A stretch of 64,000 nt of DNA, taken from positions 50,831 to 114,830 of the forward strand of contig CAZUSA010000001.1 of the NCBI GenBank assembly GCA_964622835.1, in the 5' to 3' direction. The position numbers and the translations under genes are program-made. The notes beneath the pieces are model-generated. The model searched no databases, was not told the DNA's origin, and worked only from the letters and a program-made list of their open reading frames with translations. Positions 16,718-26,064 of the stretch are shown piece by piece; position 1 is the first letter of the stretch, and every line of letters starts with the position of its first letter. The DNA is from Candidatus Woesearchaeota archaeon. Lineage in GTDB: Archaea > Nanobdellota > Nanobdellia > SCGC-AAA011-G17 > UBA489.

Positions 16718-17622
16718 AGAATTTCATCCATTGCTGTCTGCATTTCATCAACCAATGTTGTTAAATGTTGAGAATCTCCATGAAGTAAAGATACATCCGA
16801 ACGTGCGCGTTCCATAAATAGTTGCAAGTATCTTTGTGAGCTATCTAGACCAACCATATCCACAATACCTTTTTTCCCAACATCCTGACCCCTTGGTTTA
16901 CCTAATGTTGTTGATGAACAACCACGGTCATAACAATCATCCATTGTTTGATACGCACGCCCAAGATATTTCCCAAAAGAGGTAAGTAACAATAAATCAT
17001 CCTCCAAACATTCCATTGGTGCTGCAGCAAGGGCACCCACAGTTGCAGCAAGAGATAAGAGAACTCCTGTTTTCCCATCATAAAGTGTAAGAACTTCTTC
17101 AAGGTTTGTTGGTTGACATTGTTTACTTAAGTCACGTTCTTGACCATTGATAAGAATGGGTATGGCTTCAGCAACTTCAGCCCCAATTCGTGTCCTTCTC
17201 ATCGCAGAGATTTTATCACAGTGAGCAACAATAATCTGGGCCTGTGCCGTAAGATAATGTGAAGCAAAAGTTGCAATGACAGTATTATATCGTTTCCAGC
17301 AGCTATCTCTGCCATGTCGTTGAAGAGCATTATCATTGTCAGGACGATCATCAATGATTAACGAGGATGCATGCAAAAGCTCGGTTGCAACAGCAGTAGC
17401 GAGTGCGCGTTCAACTTGGAAGTCTGTATTAGTATAAACACGTGCAGTTTCCAAAGTAATAAGAGGTCTCCATAAATGCCCTGGTGGAAGGACAGCATAG
17501 TGTGCTGCATCAATAGTTTGGGGAGTAAATCTATCAGGTGACTCCAAAGTATCCTCAAACATATCGGCCATAAAACGAGTTATTTGTTTACGAAGATCGG
17601 CAGTAGTATAGGTACAAGGCAT
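16711..17622 (-). CDS. Polyprenyl (geranylgeranyl) diphosphate synthase
   Basis: First Asp-rich motif LIIDDRPDND...RHG and second QTMDDCYD (DDxxD), in a trans-isoprenyl diphosphate synthase-like alpha fold. Confidence 0.65.
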   Translation of the reverse strand: MPCTYTTADLRKQITRFMADMFEDTLESPDRFTPQTIDAAHYAVLPPGHLWRPLITLETARVYTNTDFQVERALATAVATELLHASSLIIDDRPDNDNALQRHGRDSCWKRYNTVIATFASHYLTAQAQIIVAHCDKISAMRRTRIGAEVAEAIPILINGQERDLSKQCQPTNLEEVLTLYDGKTGVLLSLAATVGALAAAPMECLEDDLLLLTSFGKYLGRAYQTMDDCYDRGCSSTTLGKPRGQDVGKKGIVDMVGLDSSQRYLQLFMERARSDVSLLHGDSQHLTTLVDEMQTAMDEILQ

Positions 17623-17783
17623 GGTAAAACGTACAAAAAGGTGGTATATACTAAGGGTGTACTTCTATTTAAGATTCCCGTCATAGATGAATTCTCACAA
17701 AAGAGCGCTTCTAACCCCTCTCTAGCAACAATCTTTATAAAGCACAAACAAAGCTTTTTATGCAGAAAAAGATGTGACACTGT

Positions 17784-20700
17784 ATGGCTATTATCAAATC
17801 AATGAAGTTGAAGGGCTTCAAGAGTTTTGCGAAGCCATTAGAATTGGAATTTGGAACGGGTTTTAATTGCATTATTGGTCCTAATGGGTCTGGTAAGTCC
17901 AATGTTATGGATGCATTATGTTTTGTGTTAGGTAAATTATCTGCTAAATCTATGCGTGCTGAAAAGTCTTCTAATCTTATTTATAATGGTGGTAAAACAG
18001 GAACGCCATTAAAAGAAGCAGAAGTTTCTATTATTTTTTCAAATGATAATAATGAGTTTCCTATTGAAAGTGAAGAAGTTAAGTTAACACGTGTTATTAA
18101 AACAACGGGAAATTCTGTGTATAAAATTAATGATGAAGTATTAACGAGACAACAAATTCTTGAATTACTTGCACATGCAAAGATTGATCCTGATGGTCAT
18201 AACATTATTTTACAGGGAGATATTGTTCGGTTTATGGAGATGAAAGCTGATAATCGTCGTGAACTTATTGAAGACATTGCAGGTATTTCTATTTTTGAAG
18301 ATAAGAAAAATAAGGCAATGAATTCCTTAAATCGTGCTGAAGGCCAATTGAATGATGCTACAATTATTTTAAAAGAACGTGAAACGTATCTAAAGGAATT
18401 GAAGAAAGATAAGGATCAAGCTGAAAAGTATAAGAATTTAGAAAAAAACATTAATGCAAATAAGGCGACGTATTTACATATTCAAATTAAGGATAAAAAA
18501 GAGAAAGTTGAAGAAATTGAAAAGCGCATAAAAAAGCAACAAGAAAGTATAACACGTATTGAGGAACAAACAACTGAAACAAGAAAGAAGATTGCTGAAA
18601 AGAAGCAAGAATTAATCGCTATTAACAAGGATATTGAAGAAAAGGGTGAAAAGGAAGCAGTGAGTTTACAGGATGATATTGAGCAATTAAAGACTGATGT
18701 CGCAAGAAATGAAGAACGATTAACCACATGCAAAAATGAAGTGGAAAAAGTTCAAGAACGGAAGAAACAACTTCAAACATCGTTAGATGATACAAAGAAG
18801 ACTATTAGAGAGTTAGAAGAAAGTAAGCAAACACTTACTGCAGAAATTAAGCAATTAAAAGAAAAGGAAATTAAAGCGTCTACAGCTATTACAAGTGTCA
18901 AAGGCAAGTTAGGATTAACAGATAATACTGAACTTGACACCATTGAAACAGCGTTAGATAATGAAGTAAAGACATATCAAGAGTTACAAGAAAAGAATCA
19001 AGATATTTTACAGAAAAAGTTTAAACTGGATGCTGATATTAGTACAATTCAAGAAAAGATTACTGCTGTTGAACAGTTAGAAAAAGACACGAATATTGGT
19101 AGAATACAAAAAGACTTTGAACGCATTGATAAGGATCTTAAGAAACGTATTAATGAAGATGAAACATTATTTGCTCAACTAAAGCGAGCGAAAGAAGAGT
19201 ATGCTAAACATAATGAACAATTATTCAGAGCACAAACACAACAAAGTAGTATGAAAGCTTCTGCGTCTGCTGATTTTGCTATTAAGAAAATTAAAAGTTT
19301 ACGTAATCCTCAAGTATTTGGTACGGTCAGTGAACTTGGAGAAGTAGAAAAGAAGTTTTCTGTAGCGTTAGAAGTTGCTGCTGGTCCTCGTATTCGATCA
19401 TTGGTTGTTAAAGATGATAAGGTTGCTGCTGAATGTATTCGTACGTTAAAAACAGCAAAGGTCGGTATTGCAACGTTTTTACCGATGAATAAGATTCGTC
19501 CAAGACAAACAACGAGAATTAAAGGTAAGGGCGTATATGGTTCTGCTATGGATCTTATTTCATTTGATCCACGCTATAAAGATATTTTTTCATACGTTTT
19601 TGCAAATACCCTTGTTGTAGAAAACATCGAGATTGCACGTCGTGTAGGTATTAGTAAAGCACGCATGGTAACATTAGAAGGGGACATTGTAGAGATGTCA
19701 GGTGCAATGGTTGGTGGATATCGCACGAAACGTGTGGGCATGGGTTTCCAAGAAAAGAATGTTAATACCAATATTGAGAAGTTATCTGATAAGATTGATG
19801 AGTTAACAAAAGTAAAAGATGTATTAGAACAGAGAAAAACAGAGAATGAAGATACTATTGCTTCTTTACGTAATGAAAAATCTGAAGTGGAAGCGTCTAT
19901 TGTTAAGTATGAACGCACGTCTTCGGGTGTGAGTTTACATGAGTTACAACAACAACATAAAGCAATGAAGAACGATCCCATTTACTCAACCTTTACTAAT
20001 GTTGGTAAAGAGATGGAACGGGTAAATAAGCAAGTACAACGATTACGTTCAGAACGTGATCAAATAAGAAAAAAGACAGGCATGCAAGGAAATAATTCTG
20101 AACTAGAAACATTAGAAAGTAGACGGTTAAAGGTTCGTGAAGAGATTGTAGAAAAGAATACTGAAGTAAAGAATATTGATATTCAAACAACAAATATGTA
20201 TCGTCCTGAAGTTGAAAAGATTCAGTTATTAGTAAAGAGTTGTGATAAGGAACGTGAGGATTTTAGTGCAGAGTTTACTACCTTAAACAGTCTTATTAAA
20301 GATCAACGGAGTATTTTAGGAAAGAAGGATGGTGAAAAGTCGCGATTCCAAAAGGCATACAAAGGTCTTTTTACAACAAGAAATAAGGTGAGTGAAAGTA
20401 TTCAAAAGTTAGAGAATACTATTCTATTAGACGCAACAAGAGAAAAAACGATTCAAGATCGTGTGAATGAGTTATCTATTAACAGAGCAAAGGTTGTTGC
20501 TGAAGTTGAAGGGTTAAACACTGAATTCGAAGAGTACAAAGGTACTACCCTTCGCAGAGGATTAACTGTTGAAGATTTAAAAGTGGAAATTAAGAATTTT
20601 GAGCAGATGCTTGCTAAGATTGGTAATGTTAATATGCGCGCATTAGAAGTGTATGAAGAGTTACATAAAGAGTATGAAGTGTTAGTTAAAAAGAAAGTAA

Positions 20701-21209
20701 AACTTGAAGATGAACGTAATGATGTTCTTGATATGATTGTTGAAATTGAAAAGAATAAGAAGTCAATATTTATGAAGACGTATAAGGAATTAAATAAAAA
20801 CTTTAGTCGTATTTTCTTATCATTATCCAAAAAAGGTGATGCAACCTTAGAGTTGGAAGATAAAGAGAATCCATTAGATGGTGGCATTGATATTCGTGTA
20901 CGTATTGGTGGTAATCGTTTTTTAGATATTAAGTCATTATCTGGTGGAGAAAAAACAATGGCAGCGTTAGCATTTATTTTCGCTATTCAAGAGTATCAAC
21001 CGATGGCATTTTATTTACTTGATGAAGTTGATGCTGCATTAGATAAGAAGAACTCTGAACTTCTTTCAGAATTAGTTTCAAAGTATTCTGGTACTGCCCA
21101 ATATATTATGATTTCTCACAATGATAATGTTATTAGTGAAGCTGATTATGTGTATGGTGTAAGTATGCATCAAACGGGTATGTCTAAAGTTGTTAGTTTA
21201 AAATTGTAA
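17784..21209 (+). CDS. smc: Chromosome segregation protein SMC
   Basis: Walker A GPNGSGKSN at N-terminus, long coiled coils, hinge, C-terminal signature LSGGEK and Walker B LLDEVDAALD. 1141 aa. Confidence 0.9.
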   Translation: MAIIKSMKLKGFKSFAKPLELEFGTGFNCIIGPNGSGKSNVMDALCFVLGKLSAKSMRAEKSSNLIYNGGKTGTPLKEAEVSIIFSNDNNEFPIESEEVKLTRVIKTTGNSVYKINDEVLTRQQILELLAHAKIDPDGHNIILQGDIVRFMEMKADNRRELIEDIAGISIFEDKKNKAMNSLNRAEGQLNDATIILKERETYLKELKKDKDQAEKYKNLEKNINANKATYLHIQIKDKKEKVEEIEKRIKKQQESITRIEEQTTETRKKIAEKKQELIAINKDIEEKGEKEAVSLQDDIEQLKTDVARNEERLTTCKNEVEKVQERKKQLQTSLDDTKKTIRELEESKQTLTAEIKQLKEKEIKASTAITSVKGKLGLTDNTELDTIETALDNEVKTYQELQEKNQDILQKKFKLDADISTIQEKITAVEQLEKDTNIGRIQKDFERIDKDLKKRINEDETLFAQLKRAKEEYAKHNEQLFRAQTQQSSMKASASADFAIKKIKSLRNPQVFGTVSELGEVEKKFSVALEVAAGPRIRSLVVKDDKVAAECIRTLKTAKVGIATFLPMNKIRPRQTTRIKGKGVYGSAMDLISFDPRYKDIFSYVFANTLVVENIEIARRVGISKARMVTLEGDIVEMSGAMVGGYRTKRVGMGFQEKNVNTNIEKLSDKIDELTKVKDVLEQRKTENEDTIASLRNEKSEVEASIVKYERTSSGVSLHELQQQHKAMKNDPIYSTFTNVGKEMERVNKQVQRLRSERDQIRKKTGMQGNNSELETLESRRLKVREEIVEKNTEVKNIDIQTTNMYRPEVEKIQLLVKSCDKEREDFSAEFTTLNSLIKDQRSILGKKDGEKSRFQKAYKGLFTTRNKVSESIQKLENTILLDATREKTIQDRVNELSINRAKVVAEVEGLNTEFEEYKGTTLRRGLTVEDLKVEIKNFEQMLAKIGNVNMRALEVYEELHKEYEVLVKKKVKLEDERNDVLDMIVEIEKNKKSIFMKTYKELNKNFSRIFLSLSKKGDATLELEDKENPLDGGIDIRVRIGGNRFLDIKSLSGGEKTMAALAFIFAIQEYQPMAFYLLDEVDAALDKKNSELLSELVSKYSGTAQYIMISHNDNVISEADYVYGVSMHQTGMSKVVSLKL

Positions 21210-21211
21210 CA

Positions 21212-22288
21212 TTATTTTTTTCGTTGTGGTCGTTCTGGTATGCCTTGTATTTCATGTGAATATAACACAAATGATAATATTATGAGTAACATGACTGCCA
21301 GGACAACAAGGCGGAAGAGTGTTTTATTTAACAGTGGACCTACTTGTCCTGGCACTGCAGAAAGTGCTTGTTGTTGGGTTCCTACGGTTAAGATAAGAGA
21401 GTCTGTGAGTGTTAGTCCACCTCGACGAACTTCAAGGCCTAAAACATAGGCACCGTCTTTGATGGTTTCAGGTAATTCTAATGTTTTATCAAAAGAGGCT
21501 CCTGATGCTATATTCATTGTTTGTATTGTTCTAAGAAGTTCATTATTTTCATAGTCTTTGATGAAGTAGACAAGTTCTATGATTCCAGGGTTAAAATTAG
21601 AAAGGTATGTGTGGACAATAAACGGTGACCCTGGTGCAACAATAGAGAACATCTCGGGTAATGTAAGTTGTACTGATCCTGTAAGTTGCTTTGTACTAAT
21701 ATCTAATGAAAAAGGAATGAAACCTTTAATACCCACATCTTTGAGAAGAATAGTACCAGTAACAAGTCCGGGAGAACTACCTGTAAAGGTAACAACAATA
21801 TCATCTTCGTCATCACCACCATCTTCACCGTCATCAGGTTTAAGGACAATAACTCCTGGTTTAACTTTAACATAATCTCCCATTGTTGTAACTATCTGTA
21901 AAGAGATAGTTGTATCTAAAACATTTTGCACAGTTACTGTATATGTTTGTTCTTCTCCATGATAAAGGTCAAGTGCAAAGAGATCTGTAGATAGTTTTAA
22001 TGAACTGCCGCCAGTTGTAAGAACTTTTGTACTTTCTGCAGCAGCTTCGGTAGTTGTAGTTCCAGCATCACCTGTTGCTGTCCCATTAAGTATTTTAAGG
22101 GAGACTTCTGCAACACCACTTCCTGTCATTTCTGCTATGGATTGGTCCATTTCTTCTTGACCAAGTTTGTTAGATAATTTTGCTGTGTTAACGAGTAAAA
22201 GAAGTATGTAGACTAACAGTAATAATGTAATAATGTTGGTTCGTTGGTAGAAATTTCGTGGTGAAATCCTCTTTTTTTGATCCCTCAT
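21212..22288 (-). CDS. Cell-surface protein with N-terminal signal anchor and C-terminal TM anchor
   Basis: N-terminal hydrophobic IITLLLLVYILLLLV, C-terminal LFRLVVLAVMLLIILSFVLY plus basic tail. Thr/Gly-rich linker and acidic DDGEDGGDDEDD patch. Confidence 0.5.
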   Translation of the reverse strand: MRDQKKRISPRNFYQRTNIITLLLLVYILLLLVNTAKLSNKLGQEEMDQSIAEMTGSGVAEVSLKILNGTATGDAGTTTTEAAAESTKVLTTGGSSLKLSTDLFALDLYHGEEQTYTVTVQNVLDTTISLQIVTTMGDYVKVKPGVIVLKPDDGEDGGDDEDDIVVTFTGSSPGLVTGTILLKDVGIKGFIPFSLDISTKQLTGSVQLTLPEMFSIVAPGSPFIVHTYLSNFNPGIIELVYFIKDYENNELLRTIQTMNIASGASFDKTLELPETIKDGAYVLGLEVRRGGLTLTDSLILTVGTQQQALSAVPGQVGPLLNKTLFRLVVLAVMLLIILSFVLYSHEIQGIPERPQRKK

Positions 22289-22321
22289 ACTGTATGTAAG
22301 TAAAAATACTTATTAAATAGT

Positions 22322-22726
22322 TTACGATACACGTCGATAGAGGACAATGAGTTTACCTTCATAGAATCCCTCTTCAGCTGCCAAGGGTATTTGGAGGCGT
22401 AGTGGAAGTTTTTGTATTGTTCCTGCAGGAAGAAAGAATGTGTGGTTTTCTATGAAAATGTGGGGTATGTTTTTGAGAAAAATTTCAACGATAGCATCCT
22501 TGTCTGTATGTAATGTGAGTATCCTTTTCATATGTATGTTTGGTGTAACGGTTCCAAAATGGATAGCATCATCATCAAGATTAAAACCAGGTTCTCTCCC
22601 AATAGCGTAGTCTACGGGATAAACAGTGTATCCAAAAACAGTTGTTGAAAAATAAATGAATAATCCAAGAAAGACTATAAAAAAAGCAAGGAGAATAACA
22701 AGAAGAAAAGTATGGTGCCGTTTCAT
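22322..22726 (-). CDS. Small membrane-anchored protein (N-terminal TM), hypothetical
   Basis: MKRHHTFLLVILLAFFIVFLGLFIYF followed by a soluble domain. Confidence 0.4.
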   Translation of the reverse strand: MKRHHTFLLVILLAFFIVFLGLFIYFSTTVFGYTVYPVDYAIGREPGFNLDDDAIHFGTVTPNIHMKRILTLHTDKDAIVEIFLKNIPHIFIENHTFFLPAGTIQKLPLRLQIPLAAEEGFYEGKLIVLYRRVS

Positions 22727-22729
22727 CTG

Positions 22730-23914
22730 TTACTTCCCAAAGAGTTTTTTCATTTTTTCTTCACTATTTCTTTTAGTAGATTTTTTTCTTGCAAAGGACA
22801 TCCAAAAAATATCAGCAATGATAAGTAAAACAATAAGGAATGCTATGAATATTTCTGTTGAAAAATATAAATTGTCTCGTAGTTTAAGCGATAATGTTTC
22901 TTGTTTAGTAAGATCGTCATAGTAAACATTAACAATAACATCATAAGACCCAGCAGCAATGTCTGTAACATCTAAGAATAATGGTAGGGTAAATGTTTCT
23001 AAAGGGTTGATATTTTTTGTTTGTGAAAAAAATCTATTTGTTAGGGGTACACTATCACGTGCAAGGTAGGCCTCTACGTAAACATCCTCAACGACACGAT
23101 TCCAATGATTTTTTAGAGTTAAAGAAAACTCTTGTATACTTCCTGCAAGAAGCATTTCTGTATAGTTAATAACACTTATGTCTTTGTAACCAACAGTTAC
23201 AGAAATATCTTTCCTAGGTGTCGGAATGCCATCATAGTTTATTGAGGTAACAACAAAGTATTCTCCTGTACCAAGTTCTGTACTATTAATGGCAAGAGAT
23301 ATAGTTTTTTGATTATTTACGACAAGAGAAACTGGTTGTCCTTCATAAGTTCCAAGTGATTCTTCCATAGCAGGAGTATGATAAAACGTAACAGATGGTT
23401 TTACAGTAAAAATATTTTCACTCCCTTTATTATGCGCTGCAAAATTAAAAAGAATATTTTCACCAACATTAACATTCTGTGTAGTAACAGTGTATGCTAA
23501 GTATTTTTCCGGATAGGGAACTTCAACAATAATTTTAGCAATCACATTGAGCACTGCAGCCACACCACCACCTGGTGGTTCATTTTTAACATGAACAATG
23601 ATTTGATTGGGCCCAGGTGTTGGATGTTCATACGGCAACTTATACGTAATAGTAAAAGGTTCTGAACTCAACGGACCAATAGGAACAGAAGTGTCCACAA
23701 TGGTAAAATATTCTGCAAGTTCACCTTCAAGATATAATGATGCAAGTAAAGGAGATTCAACGGTGTTAATAACGCGCATAGATGTCGTACCTTCAGCAAG
23801 AGGGGCATAGGGCAAATAGAGATAGTCTGGTGAGAGCCCTATTCCAGAAACGAAAGGTAAAACAAACAACAAAGCACAGAGAATGAAACACCACTTTTCC
23901 ATAAAAGATCTCAT
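22730..23914 (-). CDS. Cell-surface protein, beta-sandwich (CARDB/S-layer-like) repeats, signal peptide + C-terminal TM anchor
   Basis: Signal MRSFMEKWCFILCALLFVLPFVSG; C-terminal IFIAFLIVLLIIADIFWMSF plus K/R tail. Confidence 0.5.
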   Translation of the reverse strand: MRSFMEKWCFILCALLFVLPFVSGIGLSPDYLYLPYAPLAEGTTSMRVINTVESPLLASLYLEGELAEYFTIVDTSVPIGPLSSEPFTITYKLPYEHPTPGPNQIIVHVKNEPPGGGVAAVLNVIAKIIVEVPYPEKYLAYTVTTQNVNVGENILFNFAAHNKGSENIFTVKPSVTFYHTPAMEESLGTYEGQPVSLVVNNQKTISLAINSTELGTGEYFVVTSINYDGIPTPRKDISVTVGYKDISVINYTEMLLAGSIQEFSLTLKNHWNRVVEDVYVEAYLARDSVPLTNRFFSQTKNINPLETFTLPLFLDVTDIAAGSYDVIVNVYYDDLTKQETLSLKLRDNLYFSTEIFIAFLIVLLIIADIFWMSFARKKSTKRNSEEKMKKLFGK

Positions 23915-23936
23915 GAAAGGATGTTTATAAGCCTAA

Positions 23937-24635
23937 CTACGTATGACCAAGTGAAGTCACAAGGAATTCAAGAACATCAGAGTAGGTTGTATTTGTTCCA
24001 ACGGCAGAACTAATATTGAAGAATATAGAAACGTTGATTTCATCGTGTGCATTAACATAAGAAAGGTTTGGACAAACCATCTGATGATTATTAGACATTG
24101 TTGTACCAAGAGGTTCTTGAACGGTAGAGTTTGCTTGGTGGGAGAATCCACCAGCAGTGCCATCATCTTCATCACTACAGGACGTATTAAATAATTCACC
24201 AGTTGTTGTTCCACTTGCATTCTTTACAGCAAAGCTATAGTTGACAGCAGAGTTATCAACACCCAAGAGTTCATTTGGTGTACTTCCATTAAGGGTCACA
24301 TTAACAAAACTGTTACCATCATTACGTAAGCGGAATGGTCCGGGATTATCAAAACCACCTGGATTTGCACCACCATTGTCACCGTCACTGGTATTAATAG
24401 GATCACCTGCATCTTGGATAGTGCCATCACCAAAGTCAATGGTATCAACGACGAGCGTTACTGCAACACTTGGTTCAACAGTAATATTAACATACCCATA
24501 GGTTTGGTTGCTTGATGCTAAACCGGTTATGCCACCAACGCCACCAATTTTTAAGAGAATAACAGAAAGACAACCAAGGGTAATAAGAAACGTAAATAAT
24601 CCTGTAATTAAGAGAGATCTATCTGAGACGTTCAT
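23937..24635 (-). CDS. Membrane-anchored extracellular protein (N-terminal TM; Gly/Asn/Asp-rich), possible pilin-like
   Basis: MNVSDRSLLITGLFTFLITLGCLSVILL N-terminus followed by Asp/Gly/Asn-rich region with N-x-S/T sequons. Confidence 0.45.
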   Translation of the reverse strand: MNVSDRSLLITGLFTFLITLGCLSVILLKIGGVGGITGLASSNQTYGYVNITVEPSVAVTLVVDTIDFGDGTIQDAGDPINTSDGDNGGANPGGFDNPGPFRLRNDGNSFVNVTLNGSTPNELLGVDNSAVNYSFAVKNASGTTTGELFNTSCSDEDDGTAGGFSHQANSTVQEPLGTTMSNNHQMVCPNLSYVNAHDEINVSIFFNISSAVGTNTTYSDVLEFLVTSLGHT

Positions 24636-24859
24636 ACACTACCACCTTCATGAGATATTTCAGATTGTATCGTAAGAGCAACTCGGGCACCTTCTTCAGG
24701 AACTGCTCCAGAAAAAGTATTTGATGTACGATATGATTGACCTACAGTTTCTACTGTACTAAGCACTGTCCATGTTACTAATAAACTAACAAAAAGCATC
24801 ACGACCATGAGCACAAGAAGGATTTCACGGCGCACCTCACTCTTTCTTCCCTTAGGCAT
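24632..24859 (-). CDS. Small membrane protein (75 aa; charged N-terminus then hydrophobic helix), possible pilin-like
   Basis: MPKGRKSEVRREILLVLMVVMLFVSLLVTWTVL. 4-nt overlap with the downstream gene. Confidence 0.35.
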   Translation of the reverse strand: MPKGRKSEVRREILLVLMVVMLFVSLLVTWTVLSTVETVGQSYRTSNTFSGAVPEEGARVALTIQSEISHEGGSV

Positions 24860-24891
24860 GAAATATTGTATCCATTACCCTATATAAAGAT

Positions 24892-26064
24892 TTAGATTCG
24901 CCGTTTATGGAAATGAAGGAACCATAAAATATTAACAATGATAAGTATACCTAGGATAGTAAGAATACGTGTTGTTTCTTTTGCTGTTTGTGGGGGTTGG
25001 TTAACGGTTGCACGAAATTGTTTGTTATTAACGGTCATTGCTGCTGTTCGTTCAAAGGATTTACTATCATATTGTAATAAAATATTAGCTGTATATGTTC
25101 CTTCTTTCAATGATGTGGTATCCCAATAAGAGAGTAATGTTCCTTTTTTACGTGCCCCAAGTGTAATAGATGGTGTTTGTATAACGGAAACAACAGTTCC
25201 TTGACTATCTGAAAAGGTTATGTGCGCTTGAACTGAAGAAAATTGTTCGTTCCATAAACTTTGTACAGGAATGGTTAACGCAACAGTTTCGCCTAGTGTA
25301 AAATCCTTAACAACAAGATCTTTAATTGTTATTTTTGGTTTACCTACAGTAAAGGATGTTTCTGTTGATGCAGTAGTTTCATCTGTTGTGACTGTTGCTT
25401 GTGCCGTATACACACCTGGTGCTGCTGCTTCTGGCCAAGTAAACCGTGCTTTACCCATTGTTTTAGGAGGAATAGTATGAAGTGTTTCTGTAAAATCAGT
25501 AAGGATAGTGTTTGCATCATCAACAAGTGTAAGATGCACAACAGGATTATGTAATGATTCACTACCGCTGTTGTATATAGGAACAACAAATAATACATTT
25601 TCTCGTGTGTCTCCTTCATGGACTGAAATAGTTATTGTTGCATGTTCTCCCGGATAGGGTACAGTAATACGTAAAGATGTTATGATGTTTATAGTGGTAA
25701 GAACACTTTTCCCCTGTGCTAATGGTGAGAGTTCTTGTTGCACAGAAAAAGTAATATCATGATCACCTGGTTCTAAAACACCATGAGGGATGCTTACAGC
25801 ATATTTTACAGGTGTTTCAGAAAATCCTTCTGATGTTGTAAAATCCGTAACGGGTAAAGAAACATATGATGCAAGCGGTCCTGTTGCTGTTACAGAAAAG
25901 GATTGGGATCCATCAGGAATACGCACAGTAAATGATGATTGGTGTGTAAAAGGCACAGTGTAGTCTACTAATTCTCGTGCAGGAATAACAGTAAATGCGT
26001 GAACACTTGTTACAAGAAGTAAGAGTAAACAACAAAATAAAAATATTCGTTTATTATTATTCAC
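24892..26064 (-). CDS. Cell-surface protein, beta-sandwich repeats, signal peptide + C-terminal TM anchor
   Basis: Signal IFLFCCLLLLLVTSVHA; C-terminal ILTILGILIIVNILWFLHF plus KRRI. Directly abuts the giant gene (stop/start 26064/26065). Confidence 0.5.
   Translation of the reverse strand: MNNNKRIFLFCCLLLLLVTSVHAFTVIPARELVDYTVPFTHQSSFTVRIPDGSQSFSVTATGPLASYVSLPVTDFTTSEGFSETPVKYAVSIPHGVLEPGDHDITFSVQQELSPLAQGKSVLTTINIITSLRITVPYPGEHATITISVHEGDTRENVLFVVPIYNSGSESLHNPVVHLTLVDDANTILTDFTETLHTIPPKTMGKARFTWPEAAAPGVYTAQATVTTDETTASTETSFTVGKPKITIKDLVVKDFTLGETVALTIPVQSLWNEQFSSVQAHITFSDSQGTVVSVIQTPSITLGARKKGTLLSYWDTTSLKEGTYTANILLQYDSKSFERTAAMTVNNKQFRATVNQPPQTAKETTRILTILGILIIVNILWFLHFHKRRI

Noticed and set aside
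24632-24859. Calling the 75-aa and 232-aa N-anchored proteins type IV pilins
   Set aside because: The N-termini lack a clear [KR]-[GA] class III cleavage motif before the hydrophobic helix (EVRRE-ILLVL; DRS-LLITG). There is no PilB/FlaI ATPase or FlaJ/PilC in the cluster. Left as 'possible pilin-like' only.
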